Part shown: piece after piece, positions 32,212 through 33,709 of the stretch
Layout of the letters: every line of letters begins with the position of its first letter
Numbering within the stretch: position 1 is the stretch's first letter
Virus record (IMG/VR): IMGVR_UViG_3300029523_000016
Length of the DNA stretch: 33,709 nt
Direction: 5' to 3' (one strand)
DNA from: a virus
Translations under genes and position numbers: made by a program
The notes under the pieces: generated by a model
What the model was told of the DNA's origin: nothing
The model's input: only the letters and a program-made list of their open reading frames with translations
Databases searched by the model: none

Positions 32212-32456
32212 TATTTTCCTCCTATTTTTCCTATATTTTCCATCATTTTTAAATATTCTTTGCCAATAGGACTTTTAAAATAATTATTACATATATCTAT
32301 TGCACAATTTATGGTTGCATTTGCAACATTTTTAATAAGTGAAATAACTTCTTCTGGTTTGGTTTTATTTGCAATACAAATATTTGCTAAATTGTGTTTT
32401 TGCTCATCAGTCATTTTTTCCACTATATCAGCATTTGTGATATTAATATGTTTCAT
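32211..32456 (-). CDS. Hypothetical protein (81 aa)
   Basis: Track ORF whose start and stop abut its neighbours. Confidence 0.5.
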   Translation of the reverse strand: MKHINITNADIVEKMTDEQKHNLANICIANKTKPEEVISLIKNVANATINCAIDICNNYFKSPIGKEYLKMMENIGKIGGK

Positions 32457-32845
32457 TATTTTCCTCCTAATTGACTTGTTTCTTTTAATCTTCCTTTTAA
32501 ATTATCAAACACTTCCTTTGTAGGTATAAATATTTGAGGTATTTGATTAATTCTTCTTAATTCTCTCCAATATTTTCGCTCTTCTTTATCTTTTATACTT
32601 GCTATATTTATTGTTCTTGATTTTATAATGTCATACAAAGGTTCGGTTTTAGGTACACTTCCTAATTTCTTTTTAAATTCAAATAAACCCAATTGCATAA
32701 AATCTTTATATGAGATGTTTTCATATCTACTACAATAAAAGGCATAGGCTTGGTCTAAGTCCTCTTGATAAGCAAAGCAAAATATTGTTTTATTGCTTGT
32801 TTTTTTGCTATAATTATTCTTTATTTCCCTCACTGGGAGTATCAT
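32456..32845 (-). CDS. Hypothetical protein (129 aa)
   Basis: Track ORF. Confidence 0.5.
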   Translation of the reverse strand: MILPVREIKNNYSKKTSNKTIFCFAYQEDLDQAYAFYCSRYENISYKDFMQLGLFEFKKKLGSVPKTEPLYDIIKSRTINIASIKDKEERKYWRELRRINQIPQIFIPTKEVFDNLKGRLKETSQLGGK

Positions 32846-33284
32846 CTAGTCCTTTGTTAATGATTTGTCCTAATTTAGAACTAAATAATTGTAGTTGCAT
32901 AGGTTGTTCTGCTTCTGGTATGTTATCAATACCCATATCATCAAATAAATCTTTTATGTTCTTACCGAATAATTTTTCTATCATTTCATTTAATATAATT
33001 GCCTCTTCTAATTGAATATAAAACTTTTCATATTCTTGATAGTTAGTTTCATCATAAGTTATATGACCTTTTCCATCATCTTTTTTGATAATAAGGTCAT
33101 TTTTTGTTATTCCTTGTTTACTTAATTCTTTATACATATTAAGTCTTGCTGTTGCTACTATTCCTTGTAACTTTTCAGCCATTTCAATTGTTCTTTTGAA
33201 CTCAATAGATACTTCTTTTTTATCTTTGCTAGTATATACTAATTTATAAGTATCTAAGTCCATTTTAATAAATTCATATTTCAT
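32814..33284 (-). CDS. Hypothetical protein (156 aa)
   Basis: I prefer the ATG at 33284 (MKYEFIK, TGGAGGA RBS) over the track start at 33296. Confidence 0.5.
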   Translation of the reverse strand: MKYEFIKMDLDTYKLVYTSKDKKEVSIEFKRTIEMAEKLQGIVATARLNMYKELSKQGITKNDLIIKKDDGKGHITYDETNYQEYEKFYIQLEEAIILNEMIEKLFGKNIKDLFDDMGIDNIPEAEQPMQLQLFSSKLGQIINKGLDDTPSEGNKE

Positions 33285-33462
33285 TTTATCCTCCAATTCT
33301 AAAAAAGTTAGAAATTATCACACTCACTAAAGGCAAACTCATAATTTCATAAAAGAATATTTATTGGAGAACAAACATTTTATATCTTTTAAAGGGGTGA
33401 ATAATATGTTTAAGAAAATAATATTTTTAGTTTTTGCTTGTTCTCCTACTTTTTCACTTCCT

Positions 33463-33491
33463 ATTATAGCATAATTATTTCTTTATTGCAA
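33463..33491 (-). promoter_or_regulatory. Sigma-A-type promoter with extended -10 (second copy of the 18-bp box)
   Basis: Minus strand reads TTGCAA (33491-33486), 17 nt, TGcTATAAT (33471-33463). Overlaps the last codons of the zinc-ribbon ORF. Confidence 0.55.
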
Positions 33492-33666
33492 CTAAATTAT
33501 TACATCTTATACAATATACTTCGTTTTTGCTATTAGTCATAAATAAACTTTTTTTATGACATTTAGGGCATATTTCTTTTGGCTTTCTATTGTATGTATT
33601 GTGTATTTCTTTTAATTTATTTTTTTCTCTTTCTCTTAATATTTTTCTTTCACTATTTTGGCTCAT
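33475..33666 (-). CDS. Small zinc-ribbon protein (63 aa)
   Basis: MSQNSERKILREREKNKLKEIHNTYNRKPKEICPKCHKKSLFMTNSKNEVYCIRCNNLVAIKK, with CPKC...CIRC. I prefer the ATG at 33666 (GGAGGT RBS). On the circular map its start overlaps the sigma gene 3' end. Confidence 0.55.
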   Translation of the reverse strand: MSQNSERKILREREKNKLKEIHNTYNRKPKEICPKCHKKSLFMTNSKNEVYCIRCNNLVAIKK

Positions 33667-33709
33667 TTTTATTACCTCCATTATATTTTTCTTTGCATTC
33701 TTTTATAAA
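33597..33709. repeat. Terminal direct repeat, copy 2 (identical to 1-113)
   Basis: Identical to 1-113. It duplicates the 3' end of the sigma gene and the 5' end of the zinc-ribbon gene. Confidence 0.95.

Noticed and set aside
2218-33015. All plus-strand ORFs in the track (2218..2475, 2450..2680, 4419..4667, 6040..6249, 9785..9979, 11972..12223, 13367..13582, 13595..13816, 14485..14688, 19083..19436, 20164..20376, 21362..21610, 22580..22783, 23050..23232, 25626..25850, 30422..30649, 31553..31750, 32311..32523, 32710..33015)
   Set aside because: Each lies antisense to a well-supported minus-strand gene, or in the intron or non-coding tracts. Their products are low-complexity F/L/I/S-rich, they lack RBSs, and several start at non-ATG codons. 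This is typical shadow-ORF behaviour in AT-rich DNA.
769-33681. Longest-ORF N-terminal extensions in the track (769..1212, 8839..9477, 14095..14295, 22942..23343, 27823..28200, 30080..30361, 30752..31099, 32814..33296, 33475..33681)
   Set aside because: In each case an internal ATG has a proper Shine-Dalgarno sequence and/or overlaps the upstream stop. The extension either starts at GTG/TTG without an RBS, runs through a terminator T-tract, or is created by a duplication. Shorter coordinates are reported instead.
1-33709. Search for integrase, CI/Cro-type switch, toxin-antitoxin pairs, retron/reverse transcriptase, CRISPR or known defence cassettes
   Set aside because: No ORF shows recombinase (R..H..R..Y or serine-recombinase) motifs, RT motifs, or toxin-like folds recognisable by eye. 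Absence by eye is not proof, so profile searches are advised.

Overview
The window is a complete or near-complete ~33.6-kb genome of a very AT-rich, Clostridium-like (inferred from composition and protein types) siphovirus-type phage. Bases 1-113 are identical to 33597-33709, so the unique length is 33,596 bp and the map closes on itself. Every credible gene is on the minus strand; the plus-strand ORFs in the track look like antisense shadows. In transcription order (high to low coordinate), the map starts with middle or unknown genes and a TerS-like gene (33666-30752). Next come a 390-bp structured non-coding tract, terL, portal, MuF-like protein, scaffold, capsid, head-tail joining genes, major tail protein, tape measure, distal tail and fibre genes, two holin-like genes and an amidase endolysin (ends 13207, strong terminator). 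A consensus early promoter at 13096-13067 then drives many tiny ORFs, an RHH protein, a C5 DNA methyltransferase and a free-standing HNH endonuclease. These are followed by an AbrB-like protein, a replisome organiser with internal iterons, an ERF/PD-(D/E)XK recombination module, HTH proteins, a second HNH, a second (N6A/N4C) methyltransferase and a SigF/G-like sigma factor (629-57). No integrase, repressor/lysogeny module, tRNA, rRNA or CRISPR array was found. The main finding is that the tape measure gene is interrupted by three group-I-like introns packed into ~1 kb, leaving 69-nt and 30-nt micro-exons; one intron carries a decayed homing-endonuclease remnant. Other findings include a consensus promoter followed about 40 nt later by a perfect intrinsic terminator just upstream of the portal/head genes. 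That promoter sits in an 18-bp box duplicated at the stop codons of two small CPKC zinc-ribbon genes. There is also a tRNA-like, hairpin-rich non-coding tract between the TerS-like gene and terL, plus phased iterons inside the replisome-organiser gene. All functional calls rest on motifs read by eye and recalled family knowledge; no searches were run.
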